This document shows positions 1 through 15,663 of a stretch of DNA of 64,000 nucleotides, one piece after another. Source of the stretch: Eledone cirrhosa (Eukaryota); contig OZ024752.1 in assembly GCA_964016885.1 (NCBI GenBank), positions 22,754,001-22,818,000 on the forward strand. Reading direction: 5' to 3'. The stretch's first letter is position 1. Each line of letters starts with the position of its first letter. Under the pieces are notes generated by a model that saw only the letters and a list, made by a program, of their open reading frames with translations, did no database searches and was not told the DNA's origin. A program made the position numbers and the translations under genes.

Positions 1-326
1 CAAATATGATTGCTGAATTTTAACCAAAGTAGGAATTATAACAGAATATTTATTGCCGTTTGGTCAAAGTAAATCATCTAGATAAAAATATTAGTTTTTT
101 CCAGTTGTGATTTTTTGAATACTACTCCCTATTACAGTCAGCATATATAATGCTTTACTCATAGATGAATCATTAGGTATGTTGTCAGTGAAAAGGGCAT
201 GACCCAAAAAATAGATTTAGATTATTTTTATTTATCCTTTTCTTTATTTTTTATTTTTTTTGCCCAATCTGAACCACTGAAATTCAAACAACATGTAAAG
301 ACTATTTTAAAAACCATAAATAAAAT

Positions 327-514
327 AATTGTTTCTACTTTTGGCAGAAGGCCAGCAATTACCAGTGTATTACTGGTACTTTATTTTATCGACCTCATAA
401 GGATGAAAGGCAAGGTTAACCTCGGCGGGATTTGAACTCAGAATGGCAAGGGCCATAACTCTATGTGTCAAAACATGGCGTCCGACCCTCTACCAATACT
501 GCCAATCCACCGCC
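327..514 (-). mobile_element. tRNA-derived SINE, family 1
   Basis: Reverse complement of the repeat at 49514, 56265 and 60881 (GCGGTGGATTGGCAGTA...GAGTTCAAATCCCGCCGAGGTTAAC...GTCGATAAAATAAAGTACCAGTAAT), with A/B-box-like head. Confidence 0.8.
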
Positions 515-931
515 TTATATAATAAAATAATAAAATATATTTAGCATTGGTTTATGATTGAATGAAGCATTTACTTACTCATTTCTGTAATTTGTGGGAA
601 AGTGTATTTAAATTTGTACACTGTAGCTTTCACCAATCTTTGCCTCTATGGCAGTAGGATCTTGTTTGAGGGAGATTTGTTTTCTATTTCTATTAGCTAT
701 ACCAACAGTTATATTGGCTCACATGATATACATAGATACATACACACACATGTATGTGTGTAAGGCAGTTGTTTGTTATTTGAAATGGATTTTGCAAGTA
801 GATCGAGTTATCACATAAAACCATTCCTTTTTGCTTCATACATATATACATACCTGAGAAAGTAAGGTGGGATTTGAAGGAAATTTGGCTGTTATTTCTA
901 CCCAACAAAGTCCTCACTTATACTACTTTAT

Positions 932-3900
932 ATAGCAGAGGTACTCGGGAATGCCTGCATATTCTTCCAATGTAACACCATGCAGTAAACTTGCGGCTTC
1001 AGAATTCCTTGCAAACTACATGACTAAGGAATTAGGATCTGTGTGTATTGTCATTGAATGAGGAATTACGACACTGCTCATTCCAAAGCCTCTGGATAAA
1101 CAATATTGTTGGTTTTGCCCTGTGGTGCCACAATGAAGAGACAATCAGGGTTCCCAACCCTTGTACCAACATAGAGTTGACCATGCGAAAAGACAGGATC
1201 TACCAGATTCAAACCAACGACTTTCAATGATTGCCCTTGAGATTTATTAATGGTCATGGCAAAACTGAGCCTGATCGGAAATTGAAGTCTTTGAAATTCA
1301 AATGGCAAATCAGTTGGCTTCAGAGGTATTCTGGGAATGAAACAATTGTGATCAGCAAATTTTCCTGACATGATTGCAACATCTAGAACATTGAACATCA
1401 TATTTTTGATGTTGAGTCTGGTGCCATTACAAAGTTTTGGAGGATCCAGATTACGAATTAGCATAACCAATGCTCCAAGCTTCAGTATCAGGTTGTGTGG
1501 AGGAATTCCCGCTTGTTCAAGACTGTTCAAAAATTCAGTTGGATAGTTTACAACCTGGTCTTGAGAAGTGATTGTGTCAACTGATTTGTAGCATATTTTC
1601 TCTCCCAGTAACATCTCCAGCAGCCTTCTGTTGATTTCTTTCACAGCAACATTTTTAGGTGCTAATATTGCTTGTCACAGAGCCATTTCGGATCACATTG
1701 CCTGGTCTGAATGATTGGAAACATTCTGGCAATCAGTTCTTTTTCTGTGTCAATGATATTGCCAAATGACAACTGAATATGGTCATTGGAGTCCTTTTCA
1801 AGAAGTCCATTTCCCAATTTAAGTAGTTGGATGGCAAACTCACTGACACTTTCGTCACCAGTTAAGTGCACTCGCATGTTGGTTGTAAGGCTCAGCAGCT
1901 GAAAGTGGGTCAGACATAGGATGTTTTCAGACCTGATCAGCTCGAGTCCCTCGAAGAATTATAGACAGAGTTTGTCTGAAATCACCAGCAAGAACCATTG
2001 TCACTCCTCCCATTATGCAACTATTTTCTCTCAGATCTCTTATCGTCCGGTCCAAAGCTTCAATTACTCCTTTATGGGTCATAGTAGCTTCATCCCAAAT
2101 TATGATCTTGCATGTTTGCAGAAGCTCGCCCTTGGGTGAGTTCTTGATGTTGCAAAAAGATTGTTCATGCCGTGTGAGATCTATGGGCAGCTTAAACATG
2201 GAGTGTGCAGTTCTTCCTCCATCCAGAAGTGTTGCTGCAATGCCACTTGACGCCACAGCAAGGGCAATATGTTGCTTTTGGCGAACTTTTGCAAGCAGGA
2301 GGTTTATGAGGAATGTCTTGCCTGTGCCAGCAGGAGCATTGATGAAGAAAAGCCCTCCCCTGTCATTTTGAATGTTTTCAATGATGTTGTGGTAGGCATA
2401 TTTCTGGTCATCCATCAATCGAGGTTCATTTTCATCCACAAACTTACGCAATGCTTGAATATCGTAGTTTGTCTCCTGAAAAATGTCTTGTGCTACCTCC
2501 ATTTCTTCATCTGCCTTTGGCATCCCGCAGTTAGCTAATGTGTTATTCATTGCCTGAACGCGATGGGACAGGTCACAGAGAGCTTGATTGTAAATCCTGG
2601 GGGTATATTCCATACACGTATTGCCATGATGTCTTCGGGCTAGGTGTAGATAGTCGTCAGACATATTGTTTTTGTACTCCTGCCAGAGTAGATAAGCTTC
2701 ATCAATTCCACATGCTGTGAGCATAATAGCAAATAATTGTCTTATTTGACTGGCTACTTGAGTGATTGCTGCTTCTTCTAGGCACTTCTTCCAGTGTCCA
2801 TTGTCATGCAGGAGTCCATGCTGTTTACATGCTACTTGATATGTTGCGCACTCCCTTCCTCTGAAGCACCTAAGATCCTCAAATGACGTTGGTCCTCAAA
2901 CAGTATGCAGAAGTAGCCATAAATAAAAACATTCTCTGTTTTGGGGATGGACATTGTAAACACGCCCAATAGCATCACTTGACTTGACTTCATGACCTTC
3001 CACTAAATGACCCTGCTTCCTTCGATTACAGGTCTTGCAATTGGTCCAGGTGTAGTATGTTGGGACTCCAGCTTATTGGAGGGATCGAGCAAATTCATCA
3101 TTCTGGCAGAGTTTAAAGAAAGCAGTTAGTGTAGTGTCATGTGATGCTTGTGCCAACTGATGAGCAGTGATATCAGTGAAGTACACTCTCTGTCCATTTT
3201 CCAGATAGACTGCGAGGTTGACCACTGTTGGGTGGCATTGGTGGATATCAAATCCAAAGATTCGCCAGATAGCTTCATGGCTGGAGATGTATCTACCTGT
3301 TTGATACCGTTTGACCTCATCTAATCCACCATCATTGAGTTCTTTGTCAGTAATAAAGGTAGCCATGTCACTGCCCTTGTTGATATATTTTGTGACATAT
3401 AGGATTGCCTTGACAGAGCTACAATACTCAACATTGATATGAGCTTTTAAAAGTTTACATAACAATTTGTTGTGTGGGACGACCCACTGATTGTTTATGG
3501 TCAGCTCCTCTCCTCGAACTGTTAGGCTTGCAGTATTGCCTCCATGTTCTGATCTACGCCTACGATAAAGGGGTTATCCATTATTGTCAGTCTGAGTTTC
3601 CCGAATAAAAGCTCTAGGATAATGTTTGCTGCATTTTTGATCTTTCATGCAGAGTGAGGCTGGATTGATGACTCCATATGGACCATGAATGAGTTTGGAC
3701 TTGATGGTTTCAAAGAGCTCTGGATCACCACCTTTATCAGGCAACTCTGCTGAAATGATTTTATCAACATCATCTGGTCTGATCTTCTGCTTGCACCAGA
3801 TTAGTGTGTGAGAGTGAGGAAGACCTCTCTTCTGCCACTCAATAGTGGTCATCCAAGCACTAAGCTCACCAAAGATTCTTCCTTCTTTTAGGAGCCAGAT

Positions 3901-5500
3901 GACTCTTTTTTTTTTTTGCTATTCATGGAAAACCCGAGCAATGAGGTCATGTCGATCCTTTGGTTTTTGAATTTGAAATAATTCATTTGATATTTCCGAC
4001 CAATTTGAATTGCATGTAAATGTAATGAAGAGATCTGGCCGACCAAATTTTCTGACAGGCCATTGCATCTTGCGTACGTTCATGAATGTAACGTGGTCCT
4101 TCCGTGAAGCTTAGTATGACTGGCTGGCCAATATTTCTTGGGTCAACATCAGAATTGATGGCATCTCTTAAGGTGGATGTAGTTATCTGCCCTCAACTTA
4201 GTTTGATTCCTTCGCAGAAAACCCAATCTTTCTGTTTCAATGTTGGCATACATGTCCACCATGAACTGGCTGGTTACTTCTTTGAATCGCAGAACTTGGT
4301 TGAAGTGGTCACGTAGCATGAAATGATAAGCATAGAATTCTTTGCAGCTGATTGATCGGCCAGTCTCTTGTCCCGTTCCTGGGCTGATCTGCCGTAGCTG
4401 AAAATGATATCCATCTTGACCATTCCAAAAGATGAGCGGATATTGGAGTGTATCATAGGCTCTATGAGTTTCACAAATTCGCTCCAAATGTCCACTTCGT
4501 TTTTGCAAAACAATGTCACGTTGTTCATGCTGTTCATCAACCATTATGATTGCAACTTCATCAGTGACAGGTGCATTGAATCTGCGTTCATGTTCTGAAA
4601 CTGTGCGTTTGTCTGCCCTAATGATGATTTTACAATCTCTGGTGTTGTTCATATGCCCCAGTGCATATTTAAATATACTGACGTACATGTGATGCTGGTG
4701 AATCATTTCTTGTAACTTTATGATTATGTAGAACTGCAATCCACCATGGACATTGGTACATCTTTGTTGTGCCTGCGTTTCATTTCCACCCGTGAAGTAA
4801 ACCTGCACAAAATTGTGAGGTTACTGTGAAAGTGGCAGAAGGCCACCCATTAAGTGGTAACACTGTCCCTGAATTTTATAAGTTGTACAGAATCTAAAGT
4901 CAGTGACATTCCTGTCAGCCCCAAAAGATGTCATTTGAAAGGCAGAATTATATTTTATGATGTATTTTTTGAAGTGTCGTGCTTCTGGTGTATGCTGAAG
5001 GAGCAGATTCTTCAGAAATTCAGGAGGTTCTTGTATTGTTTTAAGGCTCATTTTGCCTTTTGAGCAGCATAGACTTGGTGTTTCTGCTGCCCACTTCTTG
5101 GCACCACAATACTGGCAGCATTTGTTCATTTTCCCAATGTTGATTTGTGGATTACTGCTGTAGTCTTTTTGGGGGTCATAAGAAAAAGCACCCATCAACC
5201 AGTTCATTTTACTTGTGGCTTGTTCTCCTGCTTGGGCAGTAGAATGATGTGCTTGATTAACATTTCATCTGATTTGCTGCTGTTCCTTAATTTGCTGTTC
5301 TCGTGTAGCAGCTGTCCTTTGTTCCCTTTCATCCAAAATGGTGTGCTCGTGCTAAAGCTGTTTGGGCTCTGTTAGCAGCTAGACGGGCATGCCAAACTTT
5401 TTCACTTTCTTCAGATTGCTGTGTTTTCTTTCTCTTAGCCTCTGAAGATGACCTTCCATATAATGATCTGGAACGTTTTCTAGGCATTTGAAGTGATATT
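932..5500 (-). mobile_element. Helitron (rolling-circle transposon), near full-length, decayed
   Basis: Collinear minus-strand ORF fragments give Rep and PIF1 helicase domains. Degenerate 3' hairpin/CTAG-like end near 932-960. 5' end not located. Confidence 0.93.
1078..5487 (-). pseudogene. Helitron RepHel protein (Zn-finger-like N-terminus, HUH Rep, PIF1 SF1 helicase), frameshifted
   Basis: Probable start MPRKRSRS (ATG 5487); CQYCGAKKW...CCSKG; Rep motifs GRPDLFITFTCN (~4010-4045), IEWQKRGLPHSH and YVTKYINKG; helicase motifs APAGTGKT, WDEATM, GDFRQTL, FAMTINKSQGQSL, FSHGQLYV. Several stops and frameshifts. Confidence 0.93.
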
Positions 5501-6470
5501 ATTACACAGCACACGATAAAATAAAGTACCAGTAATGCACTGGAATAATTGCTGGCCTTATGCCAAAAGTAGAAACAATTATTACACACCACACTCTTTC
5601 TGAAATAGAAACAACTATAGAATGTATCGTTCACTCAGTAAAGTTGTTTTAAATGATCTCTTTATATGAATGTATATTAGTTGCAATTAATTTTAGACAT
5701 ATGTAGAAAATATTGGGATTTCAGATTGTATCCAAAAAAACGACAAACACTACAAAAAAAAAAATGTTCTGTCTTAATTAACAGCGATCTGAAGAAAGTG
5801 AAAAAGTTTGGCATGCCCGTCTAGCTGCTAACAGAGCCCAAACAGCTTTAGCACGAGCACACCATTTGGGATGAAAGGGAACAAAGGACAGCGGAAAATA
5901 ATATATTCAAATATCTTTTAAAAATACCGTTTTTTTTTTGTCTGTTAAAAACATATACAACTTCTATAAAAGCATCTGTTATTTCTTTAGACAAATGTAG
6001 AAAATAAGCTTTGATGGTAACATATATCGTCTGCTAAAGAACGCCCCCCCCCCCCCCATAACACACGTGTGTGTAAATAAATATATAAACGCAGACACAC
6101 ATAAGCTAAAGAATCCCTCCAATTACCCTCCCGCTCTCCTGCTTCTTTACTTTTTCTCTCTCCTATCTTTTCTCTTTTCTTATTGTCTTTTTCTCCCCAT
6201 CCGCCTCACTCCCTTTCTCTTTCTCATCTCCTCTCTTTCTTTCTCTCTCTCATCCTTACACAATAGCAAACAAAAAATAAATAAAAGATAAATAACATTG
6301 GGAGAGTTAAGAAATGTGTAAAAATAATAAATAAATAAAAGTTAATGAATGCTTGCTACTTTCCCTCTCTCTCTCTCCCATTCCATTACTCTCTTTCTCT
6401 CTTTATTTCTCTCACCCACCCCCCTCTCTACAGAATAGAGAACATATATATATATATGTGTGTATATATG

Positions 6471-6501
<31 letters not shown>

Positions 6502-6714
6502 CTATATATATATATATATGAAAGACGTAAATAAGAAAGTTATGAAAATTGACTTACTAAAATTTCACTCCAACTAATTAGTTTCTGTAAGGGGATAAAT
6601 ATAGTTACGTAATATAACTATAGAGAAGCCTTACGTCATCAGGGAGTCTATTCTCAGCTAAGATTCCAGGCAATGCGGGGATACTGGGAACTTATATAAA
6701 AATAATTCAGTGGA

Positions 6715-8100
<1,386 letters not shown>

Positions 8101-8102
8101 GT

Positions 8103-9432
8103 CATCATCATCATCATCATCAACGTTTAACGTCCGTGTTCCACGCTTGCATGGGTTTGGACGGGGGTATTCCCACTTGAGGCAAGAGTGATTGTCTTGC
8201 TCGCATAGGACTGTCTGGCAGGTTTTCTACAGTTGGATGCCCTTCCTAACACCAACCACATTTACAGTGTGGGACTGGGAGGTTTTTACCGTGTTGCCTA
8301 CACGGCCACATTACAGCGTGGACTGCGTGTTTTTTTGTCGTGACACCTACACGATTTCATTTGTTTCAGCCTGGATGTTGTGGCACCAACATAACTTTAC
8401 ATAGGAGGGGGTGGTGTGGATGGGGTGGGGGTAGTGGGACGGAGGTGTATTTTGTTAGAGATGCCTACTGGCTGTAGTAGGTTTTACTATGTATTTAGGT
8501 AAGGCGGGTCTTCTCTATTACTGAGTACCGCCAAAGGTCTCGGTCCAGTGACATTGTCTTGGAGAGGTGTAAGTGTGTGAGGTCGGAGTTTATCAGCTCG
8601 TCCCAGGATTTTCTAGGTCTGCCTTTTCCGTGGCTACCGTCTATCTTTATTGCCCTGCACTTTGTTATACAGCTATCGACTTTCATGCGCATCACGTGTC
8701 CGTACCAACGTAGCCTTCTCTCGAGTAAACAACATCTGATCCCTCTTATTTCTAATTTTTTCCTTAGTTCGTTTATGCTTTGCCGTTCACGTATATTACT
8801 ATTACACATCCAGCGGAGCATGCAAGCTTCATTCCTCTCTAGTCTGCGTATATCCTCTGCGCACAATGCCCAGGTCTCACTGCCATGCAATATAGCTGTT
8901 CGTATGCAGGCATCATACAACCTGCCTTTCATTTTTAGGGAGAACCCTTTAGCGGCTAATAGTGGTATAAGCTCTCTGAACTTTTTCCATCCAGTTCTAA
9001 CTCTAGCTACTGTACTTTCGGAGCACCCTCCCCCACTGCTGATTTTGTCACCCAGGTAACGGAAGCTGTCCACTATTTCTATAGAGCCCTCTGCGCAATT
9101 GAAAGAGTTAGTATTTTGTGGGCACTCGCTGCTACTTATTGCACCAGAGCACCGCCCACATGTAAAATCTAAGTTCTTAGTTAGCTTACCTGTGATCCCA
9201 CTACATCTTTTATGCACCCATACTTTGCATTTGGAACATAAAATGGAGTTTCTACCTACGCCTTTCCTACACACTGAGCATGGCCATTTCCCGGAAGGGA
9301 CCGGCGCCTTATTTTCTTTCCTACAAACTAGAACTTTAGTCTTAGCCAGGTTAATTTTAAGGCCTTTTGATTCTAGGCCGTGCTTCCATGTTTGGAATTT
9401 CTTCTCTAGCTCGGCCATTGATTCAGCTATGA
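8103..9432 (-). mobile_element. RTE-clade LINE family A, 5'-truncated, (GAT)n tail
   Basis: ORF 8495-9418 encodes the RT C-terminus ([41 protein letters not shown]), followed by a 3' UTR and (GAT)n tail at 8103-8121. Confidence 0.92.
8495..9418 (-). CDS. RTE LINE ORF C-terminal fragment (end of RT, PHD-like Cys finger, C-terminal domain), open frame
   Basis: 307-aa uninterrupted frame from the ORF track; 5'-truncated retrotransposon fragment, not a host gene. Confidence 0.75.
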   Translation of the reverse strand: MAELEKKFQTWKHGLESKGLKINLAKTKVLVCRKENKAPVPSGKWPCSVCRKGVGRNSILCSKCKVWVHKRCSGITGKLTKNLDFTCGRCSGAISSSECPQNTNSFNCAEGSIEIVDSFRYLGDKISSGGGCSESTVARVRTGWKKFRELIPLLAAKGFSLKMKGRLYDACIRTAILHGSETWALCAEDIRRLERNEACMLRWMCNSNIRERQSINELRKKLEIRGIRCCLLERRLRWYGHVMRMKVDSCITKCRAIKIDGSHGKGRPRKSWDELINSDLTHLHLSKTMSLDRDLWRYSVIEKTRLT

Positions 9433-9435
9433 GTG

Positions 9436-10326
<891 letters not shown>

Positions 10327-10429
10327 GTAAGAATTAAAATACTAGAGTGTGTTGGAGTTAAACACCCTCTTCATATTATACAAATGACAGTAAAGATATA
10401 GCTCAATGTAATTAAACAGAGCTGAAGAA

Positions 10430-10656
10430 TTATAAAAAATAAACCAAAGAAGCCTTCAATACATCAAAAGTCTTTATTAGCAAACAATGTTTCGTCCTAT
10501 TAAGGACTCATCAGGGCAAGTAAAGCTACAAGAAGCACTATCGGCCAATACAAGCCAAAAACTCAGAAGAATATAGAGTATACATCTATTAAAGCCCATT
10601 GTTGGCTAATAAAGACTTTTGATATATTGAAGGCTTCTTTGGTTTATTTTTTATAA
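10430..10656 (-). mobile_element. Short fold-back element with hammerhead core, probably derived from a Penelope-like pLTR
   Basis: ~60-bp inverted repeats (10430-10489 / 10597-10656); minus strand reads CTGATGA-GTCC-ttaata-GGAC-GAAAC. Confidence 0.6.
10480..10520 (-). ncRNA. Minimal type I hammerhead ribozyme candidate
   Basis: Minus strand: cttgcc CTGATGA GTCC ttaata GGAC GAAAC att GTT; canonical core, perfect 4-bp stem II, very short stem III. Confidence 0.6.
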
Positions 10657-10785
10657 TTTTTTTATAATTTTTATAATTTTTATATATATATGTATATATA
10701 CATATATGTATATATATATATTTATATATACATATATGTATATATATATATGTATATATACATAATATGTATGTATATATATATG

Positions 10786-10817
<32 letters not shown>

Positions 10818-10818
10818 T

Positions 10819-11285
10819 GAAGTTGATGGAAACCGCGGAGTGGGGAGACCCAAGATGACCTGGGATGAGGTGATAAAAGCCGACCTTACCCAATTACACC
10901 TCTCAAAGACAATGACACACGACCGTGACTTCTGGCGTCATGCAGTAATACAGAGTACCCGACCTCCCATGGGTACATGCTGAAGCATATAAACAATATG
11001 CCCCCACACCCCCCACCGCAAGGTGGTCGTGGAGGTGCCACGGCAAAAAAGCACCCAGCCCACACTGTAAAGTGGACGTGTAGGCGCCACGAAAAAGCAC
11101 CCAGCACTCACTGTAAATGAGGTTGGTGTTAGGAAGGGCATCCAGCTGTAGAAATCAAGCCAGATCAGTTCCTGTATGAGCAAGGCATGGTCAGCCGACC
11201 AGACACTGCACACAACAGGACAACCCGTCTAACCTATGCTAGCGTGGAAGAACGGACGTAAAACGGTGATGATGATGATGATGAT
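10819..11285 (+). mobile_element. RTE LINE family B, 3' fragment
   Basis: [23 protein letters not shown]... plus a 3' UTR nearly identical to 38520-38977; (GAT)n tail; inserted in a TA repeat. Confidence 0.88.
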
Positions 11286-11869
11286 GTATATATATATATG
11301 TATATTAAGACAGGGGGGAAGAAAAAATGGCTTCACTTGTGCTTTCAACAAATTTATTTTCTTCACAAAATCCAAAAAGAATTTTTCTTAAAAAAAATTA
11401 TTTTACAAATTAAGTTGTTGGTTGTTGGTTAGATCTTAGGAGTTCTTGGTTAACGTAGGAGGTATTGCTTCGTTTTTAGAAAGACCTTTCACGCTGAGGT
11501 GCGCTTGTCATACATCTATATATACATACATATATGTATATATACATATATGTATGTATATATATATATATGTATATATATATGTATATATATATGTATA
11601 TATATATATGTATATATATATATGTATATATATATATGTATATATATATATGTATATATACATATATGTAGATCAGAACAAACAGCACGGACACTCTATC
11701 TCAAAATTATTTTTGAAAAGCATTTAGAAATGCGCAACCGGTAAAAACTTAAAAACTTAAAACCACAACTGAATACTAACCCATACAATCACTAATACTC
11801 TTTTATTCCTAATTAAACCATTTTTCAACTGTGAACAATTTGTCAGCATTTTCTATTCCGTTTACCAAT

Positions 11870-12644
11870 ACATATATGTATATATACATATATGTATATA
11901 TATATGTATATATATATATGTATATATACATATATGTATGTATATATAGATGTATATATATATATATGTATATATACATATATGTATGAATATATATATG
12001 TATATATACATATATGAATTTATACATATATGTATATATATATATATGTATATATACATATATGTATGTATATATATGTATATATACATATATGTATGTA
12101 TATATGTATGTATATATATATGTATATATATGTATGTATATATATATGTATATATATATATATGTATATATATATATGTATATATACATATATGAATATA
12201 TACATATATGTATATATATATATGTATATATACATATATGAATATATACATATATGTATATATATATATGTATATATACATATATGAATATATACATATA
12301 TGTATATATATATATGTATATATACATATATGAATATATACATATATGTATATATATATATGTATATATACGTATATGTATATATATATATGTATATATA
12401 TATATGTATATATATATATGTATATATATATATGTATATATATATATGTATATATATATATATGTATATATATATATGTATGTATACATATATGTATACA
12501 TGTATATATATATGTATGTATCCATATATACATGTATATATATATGTATATATCCATATATACATGTATAAATATATATGTATATATACATATATACATG
12601 TATAAACATATACATATATACATGTATAAACCTATATGTATATA
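11870..12644. repeat. Compound TA/CA/TG microsatellite array
   Basis: Seen directly; contains repeated higher-order units such as tatatacatatatgaa. Confidence 0.93.
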
Positions 12645-13985
12645 CAGGGTGCGGACGATATTTGTTCGCAAGATTATTGTCTAGGAAAAAATAACACAGT
12701 AGTTTTATTTTTTAAGATATATTTATCAAACTTGTCAATTTGTCTTTATGACTTGTTCTTTCGATCTCACTTGATAAACCCGCCATTGGCTTTGATGACG
12801 GCCTCAAGGCGGCCTCGGAACCGGCTACAGGCCTTCGTCACTGTGTCCCAACTTAGGCCCCTAAAGGCACTTGTGATCCTAGCCTTCAGACCATCTTTCG
12901 TATTGCAGCTAGATCTGTTGGTGTCTCGTTCCACTGCGCCCCACACAAAGAAGTCGAGGGGGTTGGGTCAGGCGAGCTGGGAGGCCAGGTGTCAGGTGAA
13001 GTGTGTGGTCGACGAAGTTCTCTGACTTGCTAGGCTTGGGTCTTTCGGCTGGTATGGAAGGGCGCCGAGTCTTGCTGCCACATGTACGGCCTACCTGCAG
13101 CTACCTGGTCTATCCAGGGCTTTACTACCTCGCTCAGAATGTGGATGTAGCCATCAATGTTCAGCTTGAGGCCCTCGGGGAAGAAGTGAGGTGGCATGAC
13201 GTCACCTTGACTGCTGACCACACCTAACACAAATATTGTCGCTGGAAACTTTGTCTGCATGACTCTGGGCACGTCTTTGGATGAGGCAGTGAGCCACCCG
13301 TTGTTCTGGGAGTTGATCTTCTGGTCTTGGCAGAAGTTTTTCTCGTCGGAGAAAAACCACAGCATGTTTGGCTCCAGTGGGTGTTTCAACTTTTTGATCA
13401 GCTTCTTTGCGTGCTTCAGTCCCTTTTCTTGCATCGCCTTTGACAGAAATTGTACTTTCCTCATCTTGTATGAAACGTAGCGAATGTCTTCATGTACCAC
13501 CAGCCTAATGAGCTTTTCATCCACGCCTTTCTCCCTTGCAATGGCACGCATCAACTTGCTAGGTTCATTGTTGATGATATCCTGAACTTTAGCGACGAAC
13601 TTGGGCGTTCTGAAGGCGTCAGATCGTCGATCATGTGTTTTCCTCTGTGATGTTGCTTTGTAGTCGAATCCTGAATCTTTAAATTCCTTTCTGACCTTTT
13701 CCACCATTCTCCTGCTGACGCTGAGAAAGTCTGAAATTTCCTTATTTGTCCTCCCGGCGCGGATTCCAAGAAGAACTCCGTGTCTCTTCCACAAATTTGG
13801 AGGTTCAAAATTATTCATAATCAATTATTCTGAAAACAAATAATGGAAATATAGTCACTATTTTTATGAAGACAAGAGTGACAACGGAAGTAAAAAAAAT
13901 TTGCATAAAATTAGCAGTTGAAAATTGAAATTAGCAGTTGAAAATTGAAAATTGAAAATTGCGAACAAATATCCTCCACAGCCTG
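12645..13985 (-). mobile_element. Tc1/mariner DD37D (maT-type) DNA transposon, copy 1
   Basis: TIRs CAGGGTGCGGACGATATTTGTTCGCAA / TTGCGAACAAATATCCTCCACAGCCTG; TA flanks; transposase with WFFSDEKNF and WQQDSAP motifs. Confidence 0.93.
12767..13818 (-). pseudogene. DD37D transposase (premature stop near 13030)
   Basis: ORF 13030-13824 plus a disrupted C-terminus collinear with copy 2. Confidence 0.88.
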
Positions 13986-14183
13986 TATATGTATATGTAT
14001 ATTTATATATGTATATATATACATATATGTATACATGTATATATGTATATATACATATATGTATACATGATTATATACAAATATATATATACATATATAC
14101 ATATATGTATACATGATTATATACATATATATATGTGTATATATACATATATGTATACATGTATATATACATATATATACATA

Positions 14184-15092
<909 letters not shown>

Positions 15093-15212
15093 TATATGCA
15101 TATATATATATGTATATATACATATATATATATATACACATATATACATATATGTATATATACATATATGTATATATACATATATAAATATACATATATA
15201 AATATACATATA

Positions 15213-15326
15213 CAGGGTGTGGAGGATATTTGTTCGCAATTTTCAACTGTCACTCTTGTCTTCATAAAAACAGTGACTATATTTCCATTATTTATTTTCA
15301 GAATAATTGATTATAAATAATTTTGA
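15213..15326 (+). mobile_element. maT 5' end fragment (TIR plus leader)
   Basis: CAGGGTGTGGAGGATATTTGTTCGCAATTTTCAACTG followed by leader sequence matching the reverse complement of 13805-13880. Confidence 0.85.
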
Positions 15327-15663
15327 CTCTACATCTCTATTGAGTTCTTTTCCAATGAATGTTACCAGTTTTTTTTAATTTAATTTTAAAAACTTTTAAC
15401 TCTGATATTCCTCTATAACACATGAAACCTCAGAAACAAAAAGTACACAACAGCACCACAGTTACTTCATATAAAATACTAAAGTATTTACTCCAATATT
15501 GAAATTTTTGCAAGAATTTATCTACCAGTAGAGATACTATAAACATTGGAATTAACAAACCCATATTTAGATATTTCAATTACAACAGGATAAGAGTTAA
15601 ATGTAACTTATGTTTCATATTCTGAGCTCAGTGAAACCAAATTTCTTTATATATATATATATA

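Noticed and set aside
1078-5487. Host PIF1 helicase gene or active Helitron
   Set aside because: Linked to HUH Rep motifs, intronless, and broken by multiple stops and frameshifts.
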